64,000 nt of DNA from NCBI GenBank assembly GCA_951406725.2, contig OX597829.1:56296001-56360000 (forward strand). Direction: 5' to 3'. This document shows positions 14,598-27,268 of the stretch, in pieces. Position 1 is the stretch's first letter, and every line of letters starts with the position of its first letter. Origin of the DNA: Octopus vulgaris (taxonomy: Eukaryota). Both the position numbers and the translations under genes were made by a program. The notes below the pieces were generated by a model. It was given only the letters and a program-made list of their open reading frames with translations, searched no databases and was not told the origin of the DNA.

Positions 14598-15196
14598 TAC
14601 AAGGTTTACTTGATCTGATACCCTGCTCATTGTTTGACTGGAAACTTTATTCTAATTTAGGGAAATTACAATGCGATATTATCATCAACTTCCTACATCT
14701 TCATCCTGAGCAACGCCAGGCAGTTTAGTTGGTATAAATAATAAAGTTTAAAAATAAATTATTAAAACTACAGTAAAAAACACTTTTATACAACTCTGCT
14801 TTGATCTATTGATGCTATTAAGTTTTCCTTTGTACGTATCAGTTCAAATCTAGAGAATGTCAGCAGTGTGCTATAAATATCTGGCTTGCATTATACAGGA
14901 CGTACAGAGTAAGAGACAAAGTCACCTTACGCTCAACATTTTTTTACTAAATATTTATATTTACAAATACAACAACAATCGGCTATTTTTAGACATTAAT
15001 TATGTTTGTATCAATATTGAAGGAAACCTGTATATCTAAAAAAAAAAAAAAATATTTATACACAAACATATCACTTGCTTATTTTTCAACATCTGAATCT
15101 ATATTCAATTCAGTTCAGTTTTATTATTAAGGTATACAAGTAGGAAAAAAAAAAGAGTAGATGGACACAGGTACAAACACATAAAACAACAACAAC

Positions 15197-15322
<126 letters not shown>

Positions 15323-16689
15323 AAAAGTAGATAAGCTTATATGAATAGATAACTGGAGAGTCAAGTCATAGAATAGAAGGTAAATAAAAGCCAAAAAGGA
15401 AGTTTACAGTACAATTATATAAAATTGATTTTGCTTTACAGATAGTTTTGTTGTTATGAATTCCTAATCCAAATAGATAGGGAAAGACCAATTAAAGCAA
15501 CTGTGTGAACATTTTCCACTTGCCAACTCAGTAGTTGCTAGACTAATTATGAAATAATAATAAGAATGAATAGTAGTGATAATCAATGAAAGCAAAAATC
15601 AATGCTGCAAGCCCAGAGGTGGGAAGTGGAGGAGGAGGCGAGAGGGAGGGGAGGCGTAGTAGTAAAAACAATGCTTTTCAATATTACAGGGAAGTTTTTT
15701 TCTTTCTTTTTGTTTTTTGTTTCTGTTTTTGTTTTTTGTTTTTTGTTTTGTTTTGTATTTTTCTAGCAAAGTAGATGAACGAATAGCTGAATGGGCTCTT
15801 CTGCTTGCGAACTCTCAATGAACTCTCAATGAATAATACAGAGTCACACATTCGAGTAGAACACAATATCCTAATGTAGAACAGTGTGAATTCCCTAATT
15901 TGAAAAAGCAGAATAAGATTTTCTTCCTAAATATTATGAGAGTACAAAGACCGTGAAACTGATGCATGGGAGAGGAGTAAAATGTCTTGGCAAAATAAGA
16001 CTCTCTGAATATTATCAAGAGATTCTGTTTAGAAAACTGTGGGTTCAGTTTGTGATTTGAAGTATTTCTGTGCAGTTCAAAGTAACGACTTCTTCCAGAA
16101 AATGAATTAAATTCATTAAGTGAGAACTGGAAAAATAACGAGAGAGAGAGAGATGCAATTATGGGTGCAGCTTGGCTGAATGGTTAAGAGGTTTTCTTTA
16201 CAATGAAGAGATCCCCAGGTTTGATTCCCAGTATGACGTCTTGAGCAAGTGTCTCTTACCACAGATTATGGCCAACCCAAGCCATGTGAGTTAATCTGGA
16301 AAATGGAAATTATGCGGAAGCCTACCACATACACTGCAGTTGTGATGCAAAAATGCAGCCTTATATGTTGCAACCTGTTTATTCTGTTACAGGTTCACAA
16401 GCCTGAGGAATATTCAGCCATTTACATGCTAAGTGAAAGAGAAGGTAATTAAGTTAATTGAAACTGATGAAGATCTATTTACTTTGTTTAGTTGATTACT
16501 TTTCTTTCATATCAGTTTCATCATTGCCAACTTTTTACATTTGCTTTTCTGAGCAAGCATAGAGTGGTTAACCCTGTAATGCACACAATACACATGGCAG
16601 TTAAGTGCTATGCTATTCACAAAGATCAATTTTCTAAATCTCATAACCACTTTGTTACAAATCTTCTTTCAGTAGCTTCCACACTAACT

Positions 16690-16900
16690 CAACCCTTTAG
16701 TACTTAATCCAGCCATATCCTGCTCAAATACTCTGTTTTATGCTAAAACTACCCGGATTCAGCTTCTCACACCTAACTTGAAATGTCATGCTAAAAATAC
16801 GCAATCACCTCATCAAACTCTCAAAGCTACCAGAAAATTCATAATTAATTAAAAACAATGAATAAATAAGCATTAAATTTGACAAACTGATCTGAATGCA
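16690..16900 (+). mobile_element. piggyBac-type MITE copy (family also at 22631-22802 and about 34690-34890)
   Basis: Starts AACCCTTTAG and shares internal sequence with the other two copies in reverse orientation. Confidence 0.6.
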
Positions 16901-18184
16901 TACATCATCCACTTACCTAACATGACCATCCCAAAGATGCTATTTGTCATTTAACTCCAAGCCAATCCTAACTGATCAGACTTATGAACAAAGATGTTCA
17001 AGACCTCATCATTCTACTTTCTTTTTAAGGCATAATCTACCTAGGACTACACTAGTATAAGCTCATTAGAAGGACCAAATTTCCTATGCTAATACAATAC
17101 CTGCCTGATGTAGAGCTAATATCATCATATTCCTTTCTACACAATAGGCACAAAGCCTGAAATTTGGTGTGGGGTGGGGGGTGGGGGTAGTTGATTACGT
17201 CGACCCCAGTGCCTGACTGGTATTTATTTCATTGACCCTGAAAGGAAGAAAGGCAAAGTTGCCTTTTTGCATAATTTAGATGACAATTTTGTAGATGGGT
17301 GGGTGGGTGGGTGTCTTTGTGCCTGTGTTTCTATTCCTATCACCACTTGACAACCAGTGTTGGTGTGTTTATTTCCCTGTAACTTAGCGGTTCAGCAAAA
17401 TAGGCCTACAGAATAAGTACCAGACTTATGAAAAAAACCAGTGCTGTAGTTGATTCATTTGACTAAAAAAGTTCTGTGAGGTAGTGCCCCAGCTTGGCCA
17501 CAGTCTAATGACTGAAATGAGGAAAAGATGAAAAAATATGAAAATGTAACCTGTTCTCCCAAGTTGTTTTGTTTTTAATGTCTTTTTATGGTGTAGTCAT
17601 GAGGAAAGGGCCGTACTCTTATGGGTTCCAGGGGCTCGCCTTGACTGGTGATGTTGACATGGGTAATGTATCTAGGACTACATTAGTAGGAGGTCATGTA
17701 TCTTCCCCATTTTATGATGGATGTTATAATATGAAAGAAATTTGGTTGCTATTTCTAACATGTCAAGTGTCCATGTAAAGGATCCGTCATACCAAAGTAG
17801 TATTTCTCCTGAACACATCATCCAATTAATTTAATAATCAATCACTTTATCAACTACATTTTTTGTATTTCTTACAATTTAACATCACACATCTATCGAA
17901 TTCTTCTTAATCTCCTGACTCAGAGTGGGGCCAGTTGTCAAGTGATGGTGGAAGGACAAACACAGACACAAAAACACACGTACCTACAAAGATACACACA
18001 CACACACATATATCTACATCTTTGCTTGATGCCATGAACTTTCCAATGTCTTTTCCAGCCCGCTCAGCCTATTTATCAAAAAAGTTTGCTGTTAATCCAA
18101 GTCCAGCAGATGATGAATAAGAGTCATACGGAATCTCGTCTGGAGTAAATATGATCTCAGTGTGATAACATTACACACACACAG

Positions 18185-18645
18185 TTGTAGCAAGATGACA
18201 GAACCATTAGCATGCCAGACATACTTCATCTGTCTTTATGTTTTGAGTTCAAATCCTGCCAAGGTCAACTTTGCCTTTCATCCTTTTGGGGTCAGTAAAA
18301 TAAGTACCAGTTGAGCAATGGGGTTCATGTCACTAACTCAACCCTTCCCCTCAAATTGCTGGCCTTGTGCCCAAATTTGAAACCAATACGATGATGGTGA
18401 CTAAGGTGGCAAGCTGTCGGAATCATTAGCAGGCCAAGTGGTATTTTGCCTGTCTTAATATTCTGAGTTCAAATTCTCTCTGGGTCAGCTTTGCCCTTCT
18501 TCCTTTCAGGGTGAATGAGATAAATACCAGTCAAGCACTGGGGTCGATGTAATCAACTACCCCCACCACCACCACCACCACCATCCCCACCCCCACCCCC
18601 ACCCCCAAATTTCAGGTGCCAATTGTGTAGAAAGGAATATGATAA
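18185..18645 (+). mobile_element. Two tandem degenerate tRNA SINEs of the 31178 family
   Basis: Each has GAGTTCAAAT(T/C)C, ACTTTGCC(T/C)TT...AGTACCAG-like and TGGGG(T)CGATGTAATC-like blocks. Confidence 0.8.
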
Positions 18646-18696
18646 TATCAGCTCTACGTCAGGCAGGTATTGTATTAGCATAGGAAATTTGGTCTT

Positions 18697-18768
18697 GTGA
18701 AATGTTAGTATTAGTTACATAAGTGAAATGTTAGTATTAGTTACATAAGTGAAATGTTAGTATTAGTT
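18697..18768. repeat. 26-bp tandem repeat, about 2.8 copies
   Basis: GTGAAATGTTAGTATTAGTTACATAA at 18697 and 18723, partial at 18749. Confidence 0.9.
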
Positions 18769-19508
18769 CTGCCTCATGCTTGTCAGTCTATCCAGGGCTA
18801 AAGTCATTTCTATTATTTCATCAGAATAAGGTGGCCATTTTTCTGAAAGGAAGATGTGGGTAAAGTGTTTAGTGCAGGATTTATGAGTGAGATGTTATAT
18901 AGATAGCAGCAGCAGCAGCAGCAGCAGGGTTATCACCACCATCATCATCAATATTTGATGTCCGTTTTCCATGCTGTTGTGGGTTGAACGATCGCTGAAG
19001 AACTACATCAGGCTCCAACTGTCTGTTTTGGCATAGTTACTATGGCTGGATGTCCTTCCTAATGCCAGCCACTTTACAGAGGATATGCAGGCATATTAGA
19101 ATGGAAGTGATAATCAACTTGAGAATTCAGACAAGAAGAGGCCATAAAAAAGCAATGGAAGAGACAGAGCGGAAGCATATTTGCAAAGCAAGGACTGTAA
19201 GTGGATGTTTGCAGATAATCTGGATAATCTTTTGATAGATGTTTATGTATTTAGCTGCAACACTGCACCAGATGCGTGAGCAGTAACTCTTATGTAGACA
19301 CATTTAGAAACTTGCTTCATCGAAACTAAAATATTTTCTGAGCCGAAAACAGAATTTAGAGTTTAAAATAAAATATCCACAAAGTTGCTGTCACCTTGTC
19401 ATTATGAAAGATCACCAGAGGATCTTCCATATGGGAAATTATGCATTATCATTCTTGTATATGAATACGATACATCAGATAATACTGTCCTACATAACCC
19501 CTGTTCCT

Positions 19509-19545
<37 letters not shown>

Positions 19546-21099
19546 AAAAAAAAAGAAACAGAGTGATCATGGCTAGAATATCTTTGTTCGCATATTTACT
19601 CAGTTAGTCTGACCTGGGGCCAAACAACAAGCAATTTGTAGGGATCAGCATTTGCAATTAATGAGAATCTAAACTGTACTCTGTGTTGTTCCCATGTGTG
19701 TGTGTGTGTGTGTGTGTGTTGTCTAGTGTCGCAATGCTAATTTTTGCTAAGTGCAAGAAATGTGATTTGCTTCACTTTGAAAGAGACTGTGACACCATGT
19801 CACCAGTGGAGAACTTTTTCCAAGGTTTTGTTCATAGGAACAGTTCGAGTGTGGTAAGAGCTGTCTGAACCATCCAGAGATTATATCTGCACAGAGGACA
19901 TTAATGAGAAGTTGAAAGTAATATTGTATACTTAGGGGTGTGGTGTGCTTGGAAATAATTAGCAAATATGTTAATTTGGATAATAAATTAAAATGGATAA
20001 GTTTCGTGCAACCAAGAAACTGTTCACTCCATTAACTTCAAACAATAGACATTGTTTGAATGTACTTTTGTGAATTGTACAGCTCGCAAATCTTCTTGGA
20101 GTTGTCATCACCATCCATAGTTCAATGTCTGTTTTCCATGTCATAATGGGTTGGGTAGTTCAATAAGAGCTGACAAGAAGTTCCATGGTCTCCACAGGTG
20201 GATGTCCTTTCTAACACCAACCATTTTTACTGTGTACTGGGTGCCTTTTTACATGACATCAGAAGCAGTGAAGGCACCAAGCAACTCATAAGACGAGGCC
20301 CTTCAACTGAAGTGGGAAATGCAATATTGAGGGAGGTGGCTTTACACTAGATGTTGAGAGTTTGAAGTACAACAGAGGAAGAGATGCCTTGCTGAAGAGG
20401 AGGCACAAAGTTACTCCAGTTGGAAGAGAAAGTGGATGGTGGTGAAGGTGTGTCAGGGTGACCCTTCAAGTTACAGGAAGAGAAGTGGCATGGGTGGGAA
20501 GTGCATGTGAAAGGTGAGTGGCAGATGGATAGAGGGAAATGGAATGAGTGATGGACACAGATGGAGGCATGGCTAATTGTGAATATCTGTTGGTAGGAGA
20601 AGCGGGGTTGGTGTGGGTCGGGGAGGTGATAGGGGGCAGCAAACATTACATGATGCGGGTGGGGAGGGGTGAGAGATGCACAATGCAAGGGATGAGGTCA
20701 GAGGTACATGAGGGAAGAAATGGTCAGAGACAACAGAGCGGAGGGCTGCTGCTGGCAAAATGAAGGGCTGAACAGGAAAAGAGGAGTTAAAATAAAGAGA
20801 ATACATGAGAAAAGAAGAAAATGGTTCCAGGAAGGGTGAGTGGTAGGGGATGAGGTTACAACAGTTGAGTGAGTAGTGCCATAGTCAGAAGAGTGATGAA
20901 GAAATGGATGTAAAGAAGATGAGTTATGGAAAGGAACAGGTGTAAGGAAAATGGATTGTGATGGGAAGAGGTTTGTCAGTGATGGATTAGGTGTAGGAGC
21001 ACAGACACAAGGGCCTACTTTTTGCTAAGATGGACAGCAAAACCACTAATCATCTCAGTCTCTGTCATCTCAAATCATTCTTCACGACTTCATCTCAAG

Positions 21100-22150
21100 T
21101 ATTAATTTTTCAGAATTCACCTGTTAAGCAAAATGGCTCTGATTAGTATTGAGGAGTAACTTCCTCAATCTGTTGGATGCAGTAGTTTCTACCTATAAAA
21201 CTGTGGCACACTGTGTGGGGTAACTGCGAGTTTTGGGGTGAGCGGGGAAGAGCTTTAGCTATATGACAGATAAAGAAGAACATGAATAGTTGGTTGATGT
21301 AGTCAGTCACATGCCATCAAAGATAATCAGTATAGAATTGACGTTGTTTCTACCAGTTGAATGACTTAAAATACCAGAATGTTGAAGGTTTGTTGTAATA
21401 CAAAAAGCTGTGAAGTGGATTGCTCTCATTAGGCAGTGATCAGGTGATTTAATTGAGGAAGAGAATGTGAAGGATGAGTAGATATTGGGTTTAAAGGTGA
21501 AAAATAGGTGAAGAATGTTTGGAATAACACCTTTATTAATTAGTACTTCAAGACTAACTAATACATTTACCTCACAATGACAAAGAATTTGAACTTTGTG
21601 CCAGCAGTATTGAGGCATACACAGGAGGAGTTGCATGCCTCGAGTCACTAAAACTAATGATGAAAGAAACAAAGGAAATAGTTTGGATACATTTATTCAA
21701 TATAAGATCAGAGAAGTGTGAAAAACCATTGGTGATAATATGGGGGTAAAGTGCATTAGAGGCAAATGGTCTTAGAGGACACAGGGAAATATATTTCAAA
21801 TGAGAGTAGTTGAAAACGTTTTATTGTTAACAGCCAGGCAATAAAAGAGTGGATACTTGATATATGTGTAAAAAAAATATTTTCAGAGAAACGGTTGTAA
21901 TAAACAATGTATTGTGGACATCAGAGAAGAGCCAGAGATTAAAGAAGAGTGATTTTTGTCTCAGAAAGGAACAGTAAGTATCGCTTTTCTGTTAGGAGAT
22001 TGTGTGAGCTTAGAGAGTATTGCTCAACATTGATTTCAAATTTTTCTATAAGATTGTTGCAATGAATTTTATAAAGTGTGCTTGTTACAGAAGAGAAAAG
22101 TAAAATTCATAAATTGTGAATAATAATTTTGTAGCCTTCCTCATAATCAG
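21100..22150 (-). mobile_element. Possible highly decayed Penelope-like RT remnant
   Basis: Only weak motifs (ASNALYPHIITNG, TPPVYASI). No clear catalytic motif. Confidence 0.25.
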
Positions 22151-22630
22151 TCCTGCTAGAAGTCAATGGTTTGATCAAGCTTCTAAAAATCCAATGGAGC
22201 GGAACACAAGTCTCAAATAAGAACAGAGTAAAGGGTTGTGGATCAACTGACAAGTCAGACAACCAATATATTCTTCATAGCTTCAAGGCCCTAAATTATT
22301 TGACAGTGGACCTTCCACTTGGAAACCTTTCCCATCACTATAACCTGATGATTAACAAAACGATTATTGAAGGAGGGGGCCCAGATGAGCAACAGTGCAA
22401 ATGTCTTTCCTATCCTCAAAACATGTCTGGTTCAAATATTTGAAACAAAACAAACTCCTCTACTAAAGACATCTGAAAGGAGATGTTAAACCTCATGATG
22501 ACTTAAGTCTACCATTACAGATTAATCAAAGAAGGAACATATGTTTATTATGGCATCAGTGCTAGAAAGGTTGTCTTAGAGAAGTTCCAGAATGGTCATT
22601 TATATTTTAAAATGGCCAAGCATTCTTTAA

Positions 22631-22802
22631 CCCTTTCGATTACTCTGCCAAATGTCATGCTCAGCTTTGAGATTTCAATTTTGGGATTGTTTATTTTTAG
22701 AATGACATTACAGGGTAAGTGCAAGAGGCCAGATCTGGCCAGTTTGAAGATAAATCAGGTAGAATATTTTGGTCAGGTATGGTTGGCTTAAATGCTAAAG
22801 GG
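22631..22802 (-). mobile_element. piggyBac-type MITE
   Basis: TTAA|CCCTTT...AAAGGG|(T)TTAA termini, matching the piggyBac CCC/GGG ends and TTAA target. Confidence 0.7.
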
Positions 22803-23549
22803 TTTAATGCTTTTATTGCAGTAACGGGAGCTACATCTCCCCTAATGAACTAACAAGAGCGATTAGGCATGATGTAGCTTCAACAAGCCAGCAAGGGATC
22901 CTCTATGTGGTCATTTGGCCTGCTAGAAACAGTGTACAAACCCCTTTAAATCAGATCCCACTATCTTGAAACAGAGTACACACTGGATAAAGTAATCTTA
23001 GATATATAAAATGACAGAATTAAATACTTTTAGTTATAGATCACAATCAGGGCTGCTGACCAAGGGTTAAACAATATCTCTCTTCAAGTTGTTCTTTATA
23101 AAACAGTAAAATACATGTTTGCAATATTGCCAAAAGAATAATCAAAAACACACAAAAGAAATTATAACAACTAAAAAAACAAAAATCAAGATAAAGAGAA
23201 AGTGAACAAGGAGAGAGAGAGAGAGAGAGAGTGTATGATTGTATTGATGTATATATTTAGTAAATGTCTCTATTTATTGGTCATAGTGAATTGAATATAT
23301 TTACTGATGTTGATAACGTGTTAGTGATGGTATAAAACATCTCATAATATAATAATTGTGTCTCTAGTAATGTTACAGTGATATTGATTGGGAACTAGAC
23401 TTAATTCATCATCCAGCATAACACCAAAGCATCAGCTGGTCCTTGGTGCCTTTAGTGAAGCACACTCTGTTGTAATGCATTCTAGCAGGGGCCCCACTCT
23501 GAATATAACCTCCCATAAATACATATGTATGTACGTATGTTACACAGCT

Positions 23550-23678
23550 ACATCCTCGTTACATGAGAAAAGCCATTGCCAAGAAGACTTACTGAAATGA
23601 TTCTTCATTGTTGCCATGTGATGCCCTTATGTGATGCCTTTTAAGCCCGGCCAAGCTTTTACACATTTTATTACATAC
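23550..23678. repeat. Dispersed repeat, inverted near-identical copy at about 51750-51895
   Basis: AAGACTTACTGAAATGATTCTTCATTGTTGCCATGTGATGCCCTTATGTGATGCC...GGCCAAGCTTTTACACATTTTATTACATAC is the reverse complement of 51750-51845. Confidence 0.85.
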
Positions 23679-24639
23679 TGGACAACTGTGCTGGCTCCCA
23701 TGCAGGTAGTATGTAACACCACCTTTTAAGCATGGTCATTGCCAGAACCACTTGACTGGCCCTCGCGCAAGTGGCACGTGAAATCACCCACTACACTCTC
23801 GGAGTGGTTGGCATTAGGAAGGGCATCCAGCTGTAGAAACTTTGCCAGATCAAACTGAGCCTGGTGCAGCCTTCTGGTTTCCCAGACCTCAGTCAAACCA
23901 TCCATCCCATGCCAGTATGGAAAGCAGACGTTAAACGATGATGATGATGATGATGAAAAGGGGTTTTACATTTGTCCCCAGATTTGTCTCTAGGATTATT
24001 TGCAGCATCCATACTCTCAACAGTAAGAACCATTACCAAAGATGCAAAGGTAGAGAATCCAGAGCTTTTGTCTGTTACCTTCTTTTAACAGAAGGATTCA
24101 ACCATACCGAATACCAGGTGACCGAATAATGGATCGAAGATTTCTCTTGCATGTTAAACAAAATCTTAAAATGCCATTCGCATCAAGATATGATTTGCAT
24201 GGAAGAATTTAGGTAACGAGGTAGAAGAAAGTTGGATCATGTGGATCATGGGGGGAGGGGGCTTTCATTTTCTCTCGTTGATCTAGGTAACATATAAACC
24301 TGCTTAATTTCGTCAGGCATGTTATTACCTTGGAATTTATTCGATAAATGTTATAAAAAAAAATATAGAAAACACTCATTAATAATCATTGAAATAAAAT
24401 TGAACATTTAACAATAATTCACCATTCAGGTTTTAATGCCACATGTTAAAGAGAAAGACAAAATCAATATCATTGTCCCAATTATAGTGACCACCCACCC
24501 ACCCACCCCCATGTGTGTGTGTGTATACAGATAGATAGATAGATATAAATAAATAAATATACATATAAATAAAAAATATATAGATAATATATATATAATT
24601 AAATAAATATATATATATATTCATATTCACTTGAACATT

Positions 24640-24708
<69 letters not shown>

Positions 24709-27149
24709 GTTCCTTATTGCCATTGTTAACTGTTTGTATTTCTTATATTTATTGAATTGTTCAACTTCATTTGTTTTGTTTGTTTTGTTTTTTTTAATTT
24801 TTTAATTCATAGAAATCATCAATATTCAATTAAATACATAAATTACATTTATGGCTGAGTGGTTAAGAAATTTGCTTCCCAACTGAGTGGTTTCAGGTTC
24901 AGATCTCAGTTTGTGACACTTTATGCAAGTGTCTTCTACTACAAGCGCCAAAGGGGACCAAACAAAGCCTTACAAGTGGAACTGGTAGAAGGGGACTGAA
25001 AGGAGATTGTTGTATACAGAGGGATCTGAGTGGATGGATCGGTGAATAGATAAATGGAAGGGTCGACTGGCCCCTTATATATATATATATATATATATAT
25101 TCCCACACTCTGGGATATTCTAGAGACAGCCGTAAGACTGAAAATTTTTCCAATAATAATAATAATGTATCTTGAGATGTTTGCCTTGCCTTAACGTTTG
25201 TTATCTTCTTTAAGAGCACCATCCGAGCATGATCATTGCCGGAGCAGCTAACTGGCTTCCGTGCTGGTGGCACGTAAAAAGCACCATTTGGCATGATTGT
25301 TACCATCGTCACCTTAATGGCACATGAAAAAACATTTAAGCAAGGTTGTTGCCAGTGGATTGGCTCCTGTGCAGGTGGCACATAAAAAGCACCATTTGAG
25401 TGTAGCCGTTGCCAGTACCACCAGACTGGCTCTCGTGCTGGTGGCATATAAAAGCACCCACTACACTCTCGAAGTGGTTGGCATTAGGAAGGGCATCCAG
25501 CTGTAGAAACACTGCCAGATCAGATTGGAGTCTGGTGCAGCCTTCTGGTTCACCAGTCCTTAGTCAAATCGTCCAATCCATGCTAGCATGGAAAGCAGAC
25601 GTTAAACAATGATGATGATGATGATGATATATATATGTATGTCTGTGTCTGTGTGTCATAAATATATATATATAAATATATAATATATATATATATAACA
25701 TAAAAATATCAGTTGCTAAGGTCGTCTCTACAGACTTTCTATAGAAATTATAACCAACACTGATTGTTATGACGTTATACATCCAACATGTCAGATGTAA
25801 ACAAGAAGATCAAAGACAGGCAAATAGGTAATGGGTGTTTATATGACACAGTAGAACACAGTATTATTGATTTATAAAATCGTTTAATATGCTTTGTAGC
25901 ATATCATGGTTGTGTAACGAAATACAGTGTCCCAATAAGTCATTAATATTTACGTATCAGCTTTGAGGAGTGTGTTTATTGTGTAAATTGGTGAATCCAA
26001 CAATATCAAACAGTCATATGTAGCGGCTGTTTAAGCACTGTGAGGTGTATATATAGTGGCTATCTCTCATATGTATATGAGTGATGTATATGTAGTGGCT
26101 ATTTAAGCAATGATGATTGATGGAGGAGCAAAAACTCCCAATATATGCCCCATATGCCCATTACCCATTTTTTCATCTCCAATCTCGCAGTTTATATCAG
26201 GCATCTTGGATATGAAATGTAATAAAATCATTGCTGACTATAATTTGTATAGAAATTCTATAGAGATAACCGTAACAAGTGATTTAATAGCACTGCTAAC
26301 ACAGAAGAACACAGTTCTGAATTATAAAATATACTTTGTAGTATATTATGATTGCAAAAATAAAATACAATGTCCCTACAAGTCATTAATATAATTAAAT
26401 ATATATAAGGAAAATAAGACAAGGTAGAAAATGTGAAAATAATTTTATCATGGAGAATATTTTAGTACTGGTTTCAGTCTTTGTGACTTTTTCAACTTAG
26501 AGTAAAGAATGAAAAACAATTAAATTGTGGAAAAATTTAATGAAATGTTTTTTGAAAATATTTTCATAGTTTTCAAATGCAAGGGACATTTTCCTTTTTT
26601 CTGTCTGTCTCTGTCTCTCTTTTTTACTCTATTTTACTACACACACACACACACGTGTTTATCAATTCATTTTGCAAGATTCCTCAGTTGAAAGAATTTT
26701 TAGTCTTGCAGGTTGCATGGTAACCTTGCTACTGATGTTGCCGCATACAAAGCATCCAGTACTCATAGTAAAGTGGTTGGTTTTTGGAAGAGCAGAGTTG
26801 GAGAGATGCATTATGATATATGGAGTATATTTAGGCTGACAAAACCCATCCCTCTCCAGATCTGATCATAGCTATTTCTTCCAGAAAGTGAAACAGACAG
26901 AAAAGGCAGAATTAATCACGTTATAGGACAGGTCCTTTATTTATCAACCCAAAACAATAAAAAAAAATCAAACTTGACCTCATTAACATTTGAACTCAAA
27001 CCCCAAGGAGCTGGCACAAATACCACAAGGCAATTTATCCAACTCAGCTTTATAAATGTGTGTATGTGTGTGTGTGTGTGTGTATATGTGTGTGTGCACG
27101 TGTGTGTGTGTGCATGTGTGTGTGCGCGCATGTGTGTGTGTGTGTGTGT

Positions 27150-27268
27150 GTGCACATGTGTGTGTGTGCACATGTGTGTGTGTGCACATGTGTGTGTGTG
27201 CACATGTGTGTGTGTGCACATGTGTGTGTGTGCACATGTGTGTGTGTGCACATGTGTGTGTGTGTGTG
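27150..27268. repeat. 18-bp minisatellite (GTGCACATGTGTGTGTGT)n within a (GT)n tract
   Basis: About 6 consecutive units by direct reading. Confidence 0.85.
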
